A stretch of 64,000 bases of DNA from Pseudomonadota bacterium (lineage in GTDB: Bacteria > Pseudomonadota > Gammaproteobacteria > Burkholderiales > Burkholderiaceae_C), in contig JBEGOC010000206.1 of the NCBI GenBank assembly GCA_041182225.1, positions 14,194 to 78,193 of the forward strand, read 5' to 3'. Below are positions 30,465-39,416 of this stretch, one piece after another. The position numbers were made by a program, and so were the translations under genes. Numbering within the stretch: position 1 is the first letter of the stretch; each line of letters starts with the position of its first letter. The notes below the pieces were generated by a model that saw only the letters and a program-made list of their open reading frames with translations, was not told the origin of the DNA and did not search any database.

Positions 30465-31235
30465 ATGGCCGTGCTTGATTCCTTCCGGCTGGATGGCCGC
30501 ACTGCGCTGATCACGGGATCATCGGGTGGCATTGGCCTGGCGCTGGGTCGTGCACTTGGGCAGGCTGGCGCCCATGTCGTGCTCAATGGCCGGCGCGCTG
30601 ACAAGCTCGATGCCGCGGCCCGGCAGTTGCGCTCGGAAGCCCTGCATATCAGTATGTCGCTGTTTGATGTGACCGACGCCGCCGGCGTCCGTGCTGCCGT
30701 TGACGCCATCGAAGCCGATTTGGGGCCGATCGATGTGCTGGTCAATAACGCCGGCATGCAGGTTCGCAACCCGCTGCATGAGTTTGCCGATGAGGACTGG
30801 CACCAGTTGATGAAAACCAACCTCGACAGCGCGTATTTTGTTGGCAAGGCCGTGGCGCAAAAAATGATCCCGCGCGGCCGCGGCAAGATCATCAACATAT
30901 GCTCCGTGCAAAGCGAATTGGGGCGTCCCGGCATTGCGCCCTACACCGCCAGCAAAGGCGCCTTGAAAATGCTGACCAAGGGCATGGCGATTGACTGGGG
31001 GCCACTCGGCATCAATGTGAACGGGCTGGGCCCGGGCTACTTCAAGACCGAGTTGACGGAAAAGCTGGTGGCCGACCCATCGTTCACGGCTTGGCTGGTG
31101 GGGCGCACGCCCAGTCGGCGCTGGGGCGATGTGCAGGAACTGGGTGGTGCTGCCGTGTTTCTGGCCAGTGACGCATCAGCCTTTGTGAACGGCCATATTT
31201 TGTATGTCGATGGTGGCGTAACCGCTACCCTGTGA
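30465..31235 (+). CDS. idnO: Gluconate 5-dehydrogenase (SDR)
   Basis: TGSSGGIG, NNAGMQ.R, ICSVQSELGRP.IAPYTASKG, PGYFKTE. Confidence 0.92.
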   Translation: MAVLDSFRLDGRTALITGSSGGIGLALGRALGQAGAHVVLNGRRADKLDAAARQLRSEALHISMSLFDVTDAAGVRAAVDAIEADLGPIDVLVNNAGMQVRNPLHEFADEDWHQLMKTNLDSAYFVGKAVAQKMIPRGRGKIINICSVQSELGRPGIAPYTASKGALKMLTKGMAIDWGPLGINVNGLGPGYFKTELTEKLVADPSFTAWLVGRTPSRRWGDVQELGGAAVFLASDASAFVNGHILYVDGGVTATL

Positions 31236-31247
31236 AAGGATCAGACC

Positions 31248-32300
31248 ATGCGTGCCCTTATCTGCCATGCCGCCGAGGACCTTCGGCTTGAAAACATCGA
31301 CATGCCGGCACTGGGTGAGCAACAATTGCTGGTGCGGGTAGCTTATGGCGGCATTTGTGGCTCAGACCTGCACTACCAGCAGCATGGCGGTTTTGGCACG
31401 GTACGCATCAAACAGCCGCTCGCGCTGGGCCACGAGGTGTCCGGCATCATCGAGACCGTAGGCGCCAAAGTCAGTGGTTTTCACTCAGGCCAACGGATTG
31501 CAATTTCCCCCTCCAGGCCCTGCGGCAGCTGCCGCTTTTGCCAGTCTGGCATGCACAACCAGTGCCTGGCGATGCGCTTTTATGGGAGCGCCATGCCGTT
31601 TCCTCATATCCAGGGCGCGTTCTGCGAGCACCTGGTGATCGAGTGCCACCAGGCGCACCCGGTGCTGGATCACCTGAGCCTGTCCGAGGCAGCGCTGGCG
31701 GAGCCCTTGTCGGTGGGGCTGCACGCCATTCAACGGGCAGGCGGTGTGCTCGGCAAGCAAGTGCTGGTCACTGGCTGCGGCCCGATCGGCTCACTGCTGA
31801 TTGCGGCCTTGCGACGCAGCGGTGCAGCCCGAATTGTGGCGGCCGACATCACGGATCTGCCGCTGCACTGCGCAACGCAGATGGGTGCGGATGAGACCAT
31901 CAACTTGCGCACCCACCCCACGGAGCTCGACAGGTACAAGACTGACAAGGGTCAATTTGATGCGGTGTTTGAAGCGTCAGGTAGCCAGGCTGCCTTGTTG
32001 GCGGCGTTGGATGTGATCGCACCACGCGGTGTGCTGGTCACTGTCGGGCTGGGCGGCGATATCAGCCTGCCCATGAACCAGATCGTGGCCAAAGAGGTTG
32101 ACTTGCGGGGTACCTTCCGCTTCCATGCGGAATTTGCCACCGCTGTGCAGTTCCTCAACCAGGGCTTGGTGGACGGCAAACCGGTGATCACCAATGTGCT
32201 GCCCATGAGCCGAGCGCACGATGCCTTTGCGCTGGCCGCTGACAAAAGTCAGTCACTCAAGGTGCAAATTGCGTTTGCAGAGCAGGGCCAGGCCGCATAA
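31248..32300 (+). CDS. idnD: L-idonate 5-dehydrogenase (Zn MDR)
   Basis: GGICGSDLHY, GHE, C-C-C-C Zn site, MRFYGSAM.FPHIQGAF, GTFRF. Confidence 0.92.
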   Translation: MRALICHAAEDLRLENIDMPALGEQQLLVRVAYGGICGSDLHYQQHGGFGTVRIKQPLALGHEVSGIIETVGAKVSGFHSGQRIAISPSRPCGSCRFCQSGMHNQCLAMRFYGSAMPFPHIQGAFCEHLVIECHQAHPVLDHLSLSEAALAEPLSVGLHAIQRAGGVLGKQVLVTGCGPIGSLLIAALRRSGAARIVAADITDLPLHCATQMGADETINLRTHPTELDRYKTDKGQFDAVFEASGSQAALLAALDVIAPRGVLVTVGLGGDISLPMNQIVAKEVDLRGTFRFHAEFATAVQFLNQGLVDGKPVITNVLPMSRAHDAFALAADKSQSLKVQIAFAEQGQAA

Positions 32301-32357
32301 TCGGTCGGTGTCTGGCCGTGGCCTCTCTGCCCGGCTTGCCCCGACCCAAAGGCCCCC

Positions 32358-32684
32358 GTGAAAAAAACATTCCAACTCCTTGTCGAAGGCAAGCACCCGG
32401 ATCGCCTGCTGGAGGCCAGCAAGCACGAGGTGCGCAAATACGTGGCGCGGCAGCGGCGCGCAGCCTTGCCCAAAGGCGTTGACTATTGGGATTTCGCCTG
32501 CCGCTTTGGCAGTACCGAGGCCGATGCCAAACCGGTGCATTTTGCGACCCTGATCGGCTTGATGGACGCCGCCGCCAAAGCCGGCTCGAGCAGCTTCTTT
32601 GTGGATATTTTGGGGCAGCACGGTGTCCGCAAGGCAAAGCCAGCTTTCAACCCGGCAGAAACCATGACCGACACCGCTGCCTGA
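32358..32684 (+). CDS. Conserved hypothetical protein (DUF6172-like)
   Basis: KKTFQL...HPDRLLEA.KHEVRKY...LPKGVDYWDF.CRFG. Confidence 0.75.
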   Translation: MKKTFQLLVEGKHPDRLLEASKHEVRKYVARQRRAALPKGVDYWDFACRFGSTEADAKPVHFATLIGLMDAAAKAGSSSFFVDILGQHGVRKAKPAFNPAETMTDTAA

Positions 32685-32709
32685 CACCGCCGCCTGACAC
32701 CGCCGCCTG
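32670..32709 (+). repeat. 13-bp tandem repeat x3 across the stop codon
   Basis: GACACCGCTGCCT GACACCGCCGCCT GACACCGCCGCCT G. Confidence 0.9.
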
Positions 32710-32738
32710 TTGCAACGGTGCAAGTCCAGGGCCGGGTC

Positions 32739-33530
32739 TCAGGGCCGGACAGCCGGCACCTCCAGCAGCATGCCGGCAGCCCGTTGTGCCAGGTAGAGTT
32801 CGAGTGCCACCAGTTCGGGTGAGCCGAAAGCAAAGGGCGCGGCGCGCACGCCGCTCATGCAGTTGCGTAGCCGACGCTGCAAGGTACCCATGCCTTGCCA
32901 CTCCAGCCGATAGAGCGGATAACCAGTCGGATGTGCCTGCGGGATCAGCGTGCCACCCAACAGCCGTCCAGCCTGTTGGTCATGGCATTGGGCACAGGAC
33001 AGGTCCAACTGGCCAAAGCGCTGCTCAAACAGCGCCTTGCCGCGCTGGCGAAAGGGCCGCAGATGGGGGTCGTGATCCGGGCGGATCGACATGCCTCGGG
33101 ACTGGTGGGCCACCACGGTTTCGAGTGCAATCAAGCGCTGGTCCAGGGCCGGCAGTCCGGGTGCCAGTTGATGCCGCTGGCGACACAGGTTGATGCGTTC
33201 GCTCAGGGCCACGGGTTTTTGGCTTGGGGCGTCAAAGCGCGGGTACTGCGTGGCAACGCCGCGCAGCGCGCTGACGGCGCCATGGCAATCGGCGCAGGAC
33301 TTGTCGGCACTGCCTGTTTTGCGGCCCCAAAGGGCCTCGCCGTCGGCCACCCACAGCATCGCCGGGTTTTGCCGGTCATCGCGCTGCATGGCCTGGGTGG
33401 CAGGCGCCATGTCTGCATAGCCGGAGCGCCGGCCCTGCTCGTCGGGGCTCGTTGAAGGCTGCGCGTTGGCCAGCAATGGCAAGATCGCTGTTAGCGTCAG
33501 GGCCCACTGGGCCGAAAGCCAACACCGCAT
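32739..33530 (-). CDS. soxA: SoxA-type c cytochrome (diheme)
   Basis: Sec signal, NPAMLWV..GE.LW, CADCH, RINLCR, CAQCH, GYPLYRLEWQ..GTLQRRLRNC. Confidence 0.92.
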   Translation of the reverse strand: MRCWLSAQWALTLTAILPLLANAQPSTSPDEQGRRSGYADMAPATQAMQRDDRQNPAMLWVADGEALWGRKTGSADKSCADCHGAVSALRGVATQYPRFDAPSQKPVALSERINLCRQRHQLAPGLPALDQRLIALETVVAHQSRGMSIRPDHDPHLRPFRQRGKALFEQRFGQLDLSCAQCHDQQAGRLLGGTLIPQAHPTGYPLYRLEWQGMGTLQRRLRNCMSGVRAAPFAFGSPELVALELYLAQRAAGMLLEVPAVRP

Positions 33531-33538
33531 CGGCGCAA

Positions 33539-33874
33539 TCAGCCCATCACCTGCAGTGGCACGATTTCGGTTTGGCTGAAACCCTGGTCCCCTTCCCAGA
33601 TCAGGGTCAGCGTTCCACTACCGGTGGCGCGCAACTGGAACGCCAGGTAGGGGTTGGCCGAGATGGCCGGGAACAGCTCCGCCGCAAATACCAGCGTTCG
33701 CCCGGAGCTATCAGAAAAAAAACATTTGAAGTGCCGGATCAGATCGCGCGGCAGAATCACGCCGTCTGAACCAGGCCGGTAGCCGGTCTCCATCGGATGG
33801 GCAATCAGTGTCTGGATCTCGATCGTGTCGCCCCGGCGTACCGACTTCGGGAGGTTGATCAGTGTGCGGGCCAT
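33539..33874 (-). CDS. soxZ: SoxZ sulfur carrier subunit
   Basis: LIAHPMETGYR, AISANPYLAF; no signal peptide. Confidence 0.92.
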   Translation of the reverse strand: MARTLINLPKSVRRGDTIEIQTLIAHPMETGYRPGSDGVILPRDLIRHFKCFFSDSSGRTLVFAAELFPAISANPYLAFQLRATGSGTLTLIWEGDQGFSQTEIVPLQVMG

Positions 33875-33887
33875 GATGGAAGCGGCT

Positions 33888-34376
33888 TTAGTCGGTTTCG
33901 ATGCAAGCGGCCAGTGTCACGAACACCTCGATGGTGTGTGACCAGCAGCTGCCGTCGTTCATGCGCGCCATGGCCACCAGTTGTTGTGTGGTGGCCAAAC
34001 GGATCCGGGTTGACACCTTGGCCAAGCCCGAGTGGGGTCCCAGTTGAAAACTGGCCACCTCGGTTTGCGGGTTGCGCTCATTGAAGATCGCGATGGCCGT
34101 CACGTGGTCACCCGGGCTCATGGGGCTATCGACGGTAACCGTTGCCGGTACGGCATTGCCGTTGTCCACCAGCCGGGCCACGTCCAACAAGACCCGTCCG
34201 ACCTGAATCCGGGCGCCGGCAGCAAACGCATTCATGGCCTGGGTCAACTCGTCCTGGGTTGCAAAGGCCGGTCTCACCAGAACAGCCGCACCCAGCCCGA
34301 AGCCGGCGGCCAAGGCTTGCCGCCGGGTGGGGGCGGCTGGCGCAAACCACGGGGATCGGGATGGGCGTGCTGTCAC
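33888..34376 (-). CDS. SoxY-related protein with AACIE C-terminal arm
   Basis: Tat-like TRRQAL signal, DNGNAVP, NERNPQ, STRIRLA, ends VTLAACIETD instead of GGCGG; GTG start 34376 inferred. Confidence 0.88.
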   Translation of the reverse strand: MTARPSRSPWFAPAAPTRRQALAAGFGLGAAVLVRPAFATQDELTQAMNAFAAGARIQVGRVLLDVARLVDNGNAVPATVTVDSPMSPGDHVTAIAIFNERNPQTEVASFQLGPHSGLAKVSTRIRLATTQQLVAMARMNDGSCWSHTIEVFVTLAACIETD

Positions 34377-34401
34377 GGCAACATGGGGTGGTGCAGTTGG
34401 A

Positions 34402-34848
34402 TCAGTGCTGCAGCGTTTGCAGGAAGGCCACCACGTCTTCGATCTGCTGGCTGTCCAGCAAGGGCTGACCAAGCCAGGCCGGTCCGACCCGGTTGAGACC
34501 CTCGGTGCCGGCATAGGCCGGCATGATGCTGTCGGGGTTGAGGCTGCGCGCATTGGCCACACGTTGGCGCAATTGGGGCACCGACCAGCGGGCTCCCACC
34601 CCAGCCAGGCTGGGCGCCAGATTGCCCTGGACGCGCGGGTCCCCGACGGGCGCAGCGTGGCACAACAGGCACAGGCCCACTTGCCGGCTGACCACGATGG
34701 CCTGACCCCGTCCGGCGTCGCCGGTCAAGGCTGGTAACGGGTCCGGCCCGCCTTGAGCCGCCGCAGCACCCAGCTGTAACGACAGCACTGCGATGAAGGC
34801 GCGCAAACGCTCGCGGGCCTTGGGCTGCAGAGCAGCTCGCGGCGTCAT
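34402..34848 (-). CDS. soxX: SoxX-type monoheme c cytochrome
   Basis: GDAGRG, CLLCH, GNLAPSLAGVGAR, NPDSIMPAY, IEDVVAFL. Confidence 0.9.
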   Translation of the reverse strand: MTPRAALQPKARERLRAFIAVLSLQLGAAAAQGGPDPLPALTGDAGRGQAIVVSRQVGLCLLCHAAPVGDPRVQGNLAPSLAGVGARWSVPQLRQRVANARSLNPDSIMPAYAGTEGLNRVGPAWLGQPLLDSQQIEDVVAFLQTLQH

Positions 34849-34863
34849 GACGCGCGCGTGCGG

Positions 34864-37077
34864 TCACGCCTTTTTGAGGCTGTGCTTGCTGAGCGGCAAG
34901 TCACGGATTCTCTGGCCGGTGGCCGCAAAGATAGCATTCAACACAGCGGGCGCTGCCACGGCAATGGTTGGCTCGCCAACCCCACCCCAGAAGCCGCCCG
35001 AGGGCATGACAATCGACTCGACGCGAGGCATGTCCGACATTTTGACCACCGGATAGGTATGAAAGTTGTCCTGTTCCATGCGGCCATCTTTCACCGTGCA
35101 GGCACCAAACAGCGCCGCCGAGAGGCCGTAAGCAAACGAGCCTTCAATCTGAGCCTCGATCTGCTGCGGATTTACCGCATGCCCGGGGTCGGTGGCCGCC
35201 ACGATGCGATGAATCTTCAGTACGCCATCGTCGCTGACCGAGACCTCGGCGCACGCGGCCACATAGCTGCCGAAGCCCATCGTCTGGGCCAGGCCGCGGA
35301 AGACGCCTTTAGCCGCAGGTTTGCCCCAGCCGGCTCCCTGTGCCGCTGCATCCAGCACCGCCCGGTGCAGCGGGTGTCGCGCCAGCAGCTTGTGCCGGAA
35401 GGCCAGAGGATCCTGGCCCGTGGCATGGGCGAGTTCGTCGATGAAGCACTCCACATAAATGCTGTTCTGGTTCAGGTTGACGCCACGCCAGAAACCTGCC
35501 GGCACATGCGGATTGCGCATGGCATAGTCGATCAGAAGGTTGGGTAGGCTGTAGCCGAGATGCCCCTCCGCACCGCCGGCCAGTAGGCCCTGAAACACCA
35601 CCGGGTCTTTGCCGTCCTTGATGCTCTGGGGCGCCACTGTGGCCAGAATCGACTGTCCGGCAATGCGCATGTGCAAGCCGGTGACCTGGCCCTGGGCATC
35701 AATGCCGGCGGTCAGTTTGCACTGGGTCACTGGGTGGTAACGCCCGTGCAGCATGTCTTCCTCGCGGCTCCAGATCAACTTCACCGGTATGCCTGGCATT
35801 TGCTTGGCAATGCTGACGGCCTGGTGGATCCAGTCGGTGCCTCCACGCCGGCCGAAGCCACCACCCAACATCAGTTTGTAGACCTCGCATTTGGATGCAG
35901 GCAGGCCGGACGCCTCGGAGGCGGCCGCCAGCGCGGCTTCGCCATTCTGGGTGGGGGTCCAAACCTCGCAGCGCTCCGGCGTGCCATTGGCGGCCACGGT
36001 GAACTTGACCGTGGCATTCATGGGCTCCATGGTGGCGTGGTTTTGGTGCGGCATGCCGTAAACCGCTTCGATTTTGCGCGCTGCACCGGCAATCGCCTTG
36101 CGGGCGTCGCCGTTTTCATTGCCCACTGCGGCTTCGGGCGCATCGAGCGCTGCCTTGAGCACTTTGGCAAACGCTTCGCTGGAGGCTTTGGCGTGTGGGC
36201 CCTCGTCCCACTCGATGGGGAGTGCGTCGAGCGCCATCTTGGCGCGCCACCAGGTGTCGGCCACCACCGCGACCGTGCTGTCGTTGACACGAACGACCTT
36301 TTTGACACCCTTGCGCCCGGCAATGGCCGCGGCATCGAAGCTTTTGAGCTTGCCGCCAAACACCGGGCAGTCCTTGATGGCGGCGTTCAACATCCCGGGC
36401 AGTTTCAAGTCGATGCCGTACATCTGGGCCCCGGTGGTCTTGTCCACCGTGTCAAGCCGGGCCAGGCGTTTGCCGGCCAGCTTCCAGTCCTTGGGGTTTT
36501 TCAGGGTAACCGCGGTGGGCTGCGTCAGCTTGCCGGCTGCGACAGCGACCTTGCCGTAGCTGATGGTGCGGCCGGTGGGCACGTGCGTGATCACGCTGTT
36601 GGCCGCCCGACAGTCGGCCGCTGCCACCTGCCATTCGTTGGCTGCTGCCTGCACCAGCATCATGCGGGCAATGGCACCGCCCTTGCGGACGTAGTCCTGC
36701 GAGTCCCGTATGCCGCGGCTGCCGCCGGTACTGAAATTGCCCCAGACCCGATTGCGCGCCAGACTCTGGCCGGGGGTCGGGTATTCCGTGGTGACCTTGG
36801 CCCAATCGCAGTCGAGTTCTTCGGCCACCAGTTGCGCCAAGCCTGTCAGGGTGCCCTGACCCATTTCTGAGCGGGCGATCCGGATCACCACACGGTCATC
36901 CGGTTGAACCACAACCCAGGCATTCACCTCAGCAGCTTGGCTGGCCTGGGCGGACGCGTCCATGGTCCAGGGCGCGGCGATGGCCACCACCAGCCCGGTA
37001 CCTGCCGCCGCCGAGGTGCCCAGAAATTGCCGACGGGAGAGACTGCCCGGGCCGCCTTGAGTCAATGCCTTGCTCAT
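34864..37077 (-). CDS. Molybdenum hydroxylase large subunit (IorB/xanthine oxidase family), Tat-exported
   Basis: SRRQFL Tat motif, [30 protein letters not shown]; ATG 37077 overlaps upstream TGA. Confidence 0.93.
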   Translation of the reverse strand: MSKALTQGGPGSLSRRQFLGTSAAAGTGLVVAIAAPWTMDASAQASQAAEVNAWVVVQPDDRVVIRIARSEMGQGTLTGLAQLVAEELDCDWAKVTTEYPTPGQSLARNRVWGNFSTGGSRGIRDSQDYVRKGGAIARMMLVQAAANEWQVAAADCRAANSVITHVPTGRTISYGKVAVAAGKLTQPTAVTLKNPKDWKLAGKRLARLDTVDKTTGAQMYGIDLKLPGMLNAAIKDCPVFGGKLKSFDAAAIAGRKGVKKVVRVNDSTVAVVADTWWRAKMALDALPIEWDEGPHAKASSEAFAKVLKAALDAPEAAVGNENGDARKAIAGAARKIEAVYGMPHQNHATMEPMNATVKFTVAANGTPERCEVWTPTQNGEAALAAASEASGLPASKCEVYKLMLGGGFGRRGGTDWIHQAVSIAKQMPGIPVKLIWSREEDMLHGRYHPVTQCKLTAGIDAQGQVTGLHMRIAGQSILATVAPQSIKDGKDPVVFQGLLAGGAEGHLGYSLPNLLIDYAMRNPHVPAGFWRGVNLNQNSIYVECFIDELAHATGQDPLAFRHKLLARHPLHRAVLDAAAQGAGWGKPAAKGVFRGLAQTMGFGSYVAACAEVSVSDDGVLKIHRIVAATDPGHAVNPQQIEAQIEGSFAYGLSAALFGACTVKDGRMEQDNFHTYPVVKMSDMPRVESIVMPSGGFWGGVGEPTIAVAAPAVLNAIFAATGQRIRDLPLSKHSLKKA

Positions 37078-37577
37078 GTGGTGCTCCCGTCGGTGTGCTG
37101 GATAGAGAGACCCGCCACCTTGGTGTTGCCTCCCTTGGCCACCACCTTGATCGCGGCGCGGATCCGGTTGTAGGTGCCGCAGCGGCAAATGTTGGTGATG
37201 GCGGCGTCGATGTCGGCGTCGGTGGGATCGGGTTTTTCCTTGAGCAGCGCCACAGTGGCCATGATCATGCCGCTCTGGCAAAAGCCACATTGAGGCACGT
37301 CCAGTGCGGCCCAGGCCTTTTGCACCGGGTGCAGGCCGTCGGGCGACAGGCCCTCAATCGTGATGATTTTTTCGTTGGGCTGCACGGTTGAGACCGGCCG
37401 GACACAGGAGCGCGTGGGCACGCCATCGATATGGACCGTGCAGGCTCCGCACTGGGCCAGGCCGCAGCCGTACTTGGTGCCTGTCAGACCGAGCTGCTCG
37501 CGCAGCACCCACAGGAGGGGGGTATCACCTTCGGCATCGTGCTCGCGCACGGCATTGTTCACAGTCAGCTTTGACAT
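37074..37577 (-). CDS. 2x[2Fe-2S] small subunit (IorA-type)
   Basis: [35 protein letters not shown]; GGAGG RBS before ATG 37577. Confidence 0.95.
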   Translation of the reverse strand: MSKLTVNNAVREHDAEGDTPLLWVLREQLGLTGTKYGCGLAQCGACTVHIDGVPTRSCVRPVSTVQPNEKIITIEGLSPDGLHPVQKAWAALDVPQCGFCQSGMIMATVALLKEKPDPTDADIDAAITNICRCGTYNRIRAAIKVVAKGGNTKVAGLSIQHTDGSTT

Positions 37578-37747
37578 GGGGCCTCCAATAATCGGCCCGG
37601 ACATGCCCAGGTTGTGATTGAGCTCATCTTACGCCGGCGGCGCCAGTGTTGCCAGCAACATCGTCTCAGGGTATACCCGGCATGTGCGTCCGGGGTTTGT
37701 CGTTACCGCAGGGATGGGACAGCAGGGTTGGCTGGCAACCGGCAGGC

Positions 37748-38281
37748 CTAATCGGGCGCCGGTGAATGGACCCGGCGCGCACCATCAAAGCGCAGATTCC
37801 AGTAGGCCACGCCCATGTCTTCTACCCGCACTTCCGCGCCTGGCTTGGGCGAGTGGATGAACTTGCCTTCACCGACGTAGATGCCGACGTGGCTGAAGGC
37901 GCGGCGCATGGTGTTGAAAAAGACCAGATCCCCAGGTTGCAGGTCCGAGCGCTCGATTTTCTGGGTGCTCGCCGCCTGCTGCTCGGCGCGACGCGGCAAG
38001 ATCAGGCCCACCGTCTGCTCATACATGGCCTTGACGAAACCACTGCAGTCAAACCCGGTCTCGGCGGTATTGCCGCCACGGCGGTAAGGCACGCCCATGA
38101 AGCCTAGCGCAGTGAACACCAGTTCAGAGGCTTTGTTGCTGGCGGTCTGGCGAACCTGATCCAGGCGGCTCAGCAGGCCTTTTTCGGCCAGCAATCTGTC
38201 CAAGTCGTCCACGGGCGCGACCGGACTGGCAAACGCTTGCGAGCACAACAGCAGGGCGGCGATAAGATAGGTCCGGCGCAT
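37748..38281 (-). CDS. NlpC/P60 (C40) peptidoglycan endopeptidase
   Basis: GVPYRRGG, GFDCSGFV, PGDLVFF, SHVGIY, FIHSP; ATG 38281. Confidence 0.94.
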   Translation of the reverse strand: MRRTYLIAALLLCSQAFASPVAPVDDLDRLLAEKGLLSRLDQVRQTASNKASELVFTALGFMGVPYRRGGNTAETGFDCSGFVKAMYEQTVGLILPRRAEQQAASTQKIERSDLQPGDLVFFNTMRRAFSHVGIYVGEGKFIHSPKPGAEVRVEDMGVAYWNLRFDGARRVHSPAPD

Positions 38282-38288
38282 GGGGCAG

Positions 38289-38317
38289 AGGATAGCTGCC
38301 CAAACCCGCTGTGTCAA
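38289..38317 (-). promoter_or_regulatory. Sigma70 promoter of NlpC/P60 gene (leaderless layout)
   Basis: Minus strand TTGACA (38317-38312), 17-nt spacer, TATCCT (38294-38289), 7 nt, ATG. Confidence 0.8.
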
Positions 38318-38377
38318 GTTGTAAACGACGTGAATAATATCTTGTAACTCATTGAATCATATAGAAATTTGAATTCC

Positions 38378-39340
<963 letters not shown>

Positions 39341-39358
<18 letters not shown>

Positions 39359-39399
39359 GCCTTGTCCCTATTGGGTTTATAGCTATCAATAAAATAGCA
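39341..39399 (+). repeat. ~60-bp palindromic repeat, copy 3 (spans acuI stop)
   Basis: AAGCCTTGTC then core TAGCTAT-caataaa-ATAGCA; CCTTG starts 22 nt before the core. Confidence 0.7.
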
Positions 39400-39416
39400 T
39401 TTACACCCACGGATGG

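Noticed and set aside
32670-32709. Possible CRISPR array
   Set aside because: 13-bp units, no spacers, no cas genes
32739-34848. Canonical thiosulfate-oxidising sox operon
   Set aside because: No soxB/C/D in the window and SoxY lacks GGCGG; lithotrophy cannot be inferred from this locus
37077-37290. Fusion or frameshift between 2Fe-2S and Mo subunits
   Set aside because: Normal ATGA coupling with GGAG RBS and a Tat signal right after ATG 37077
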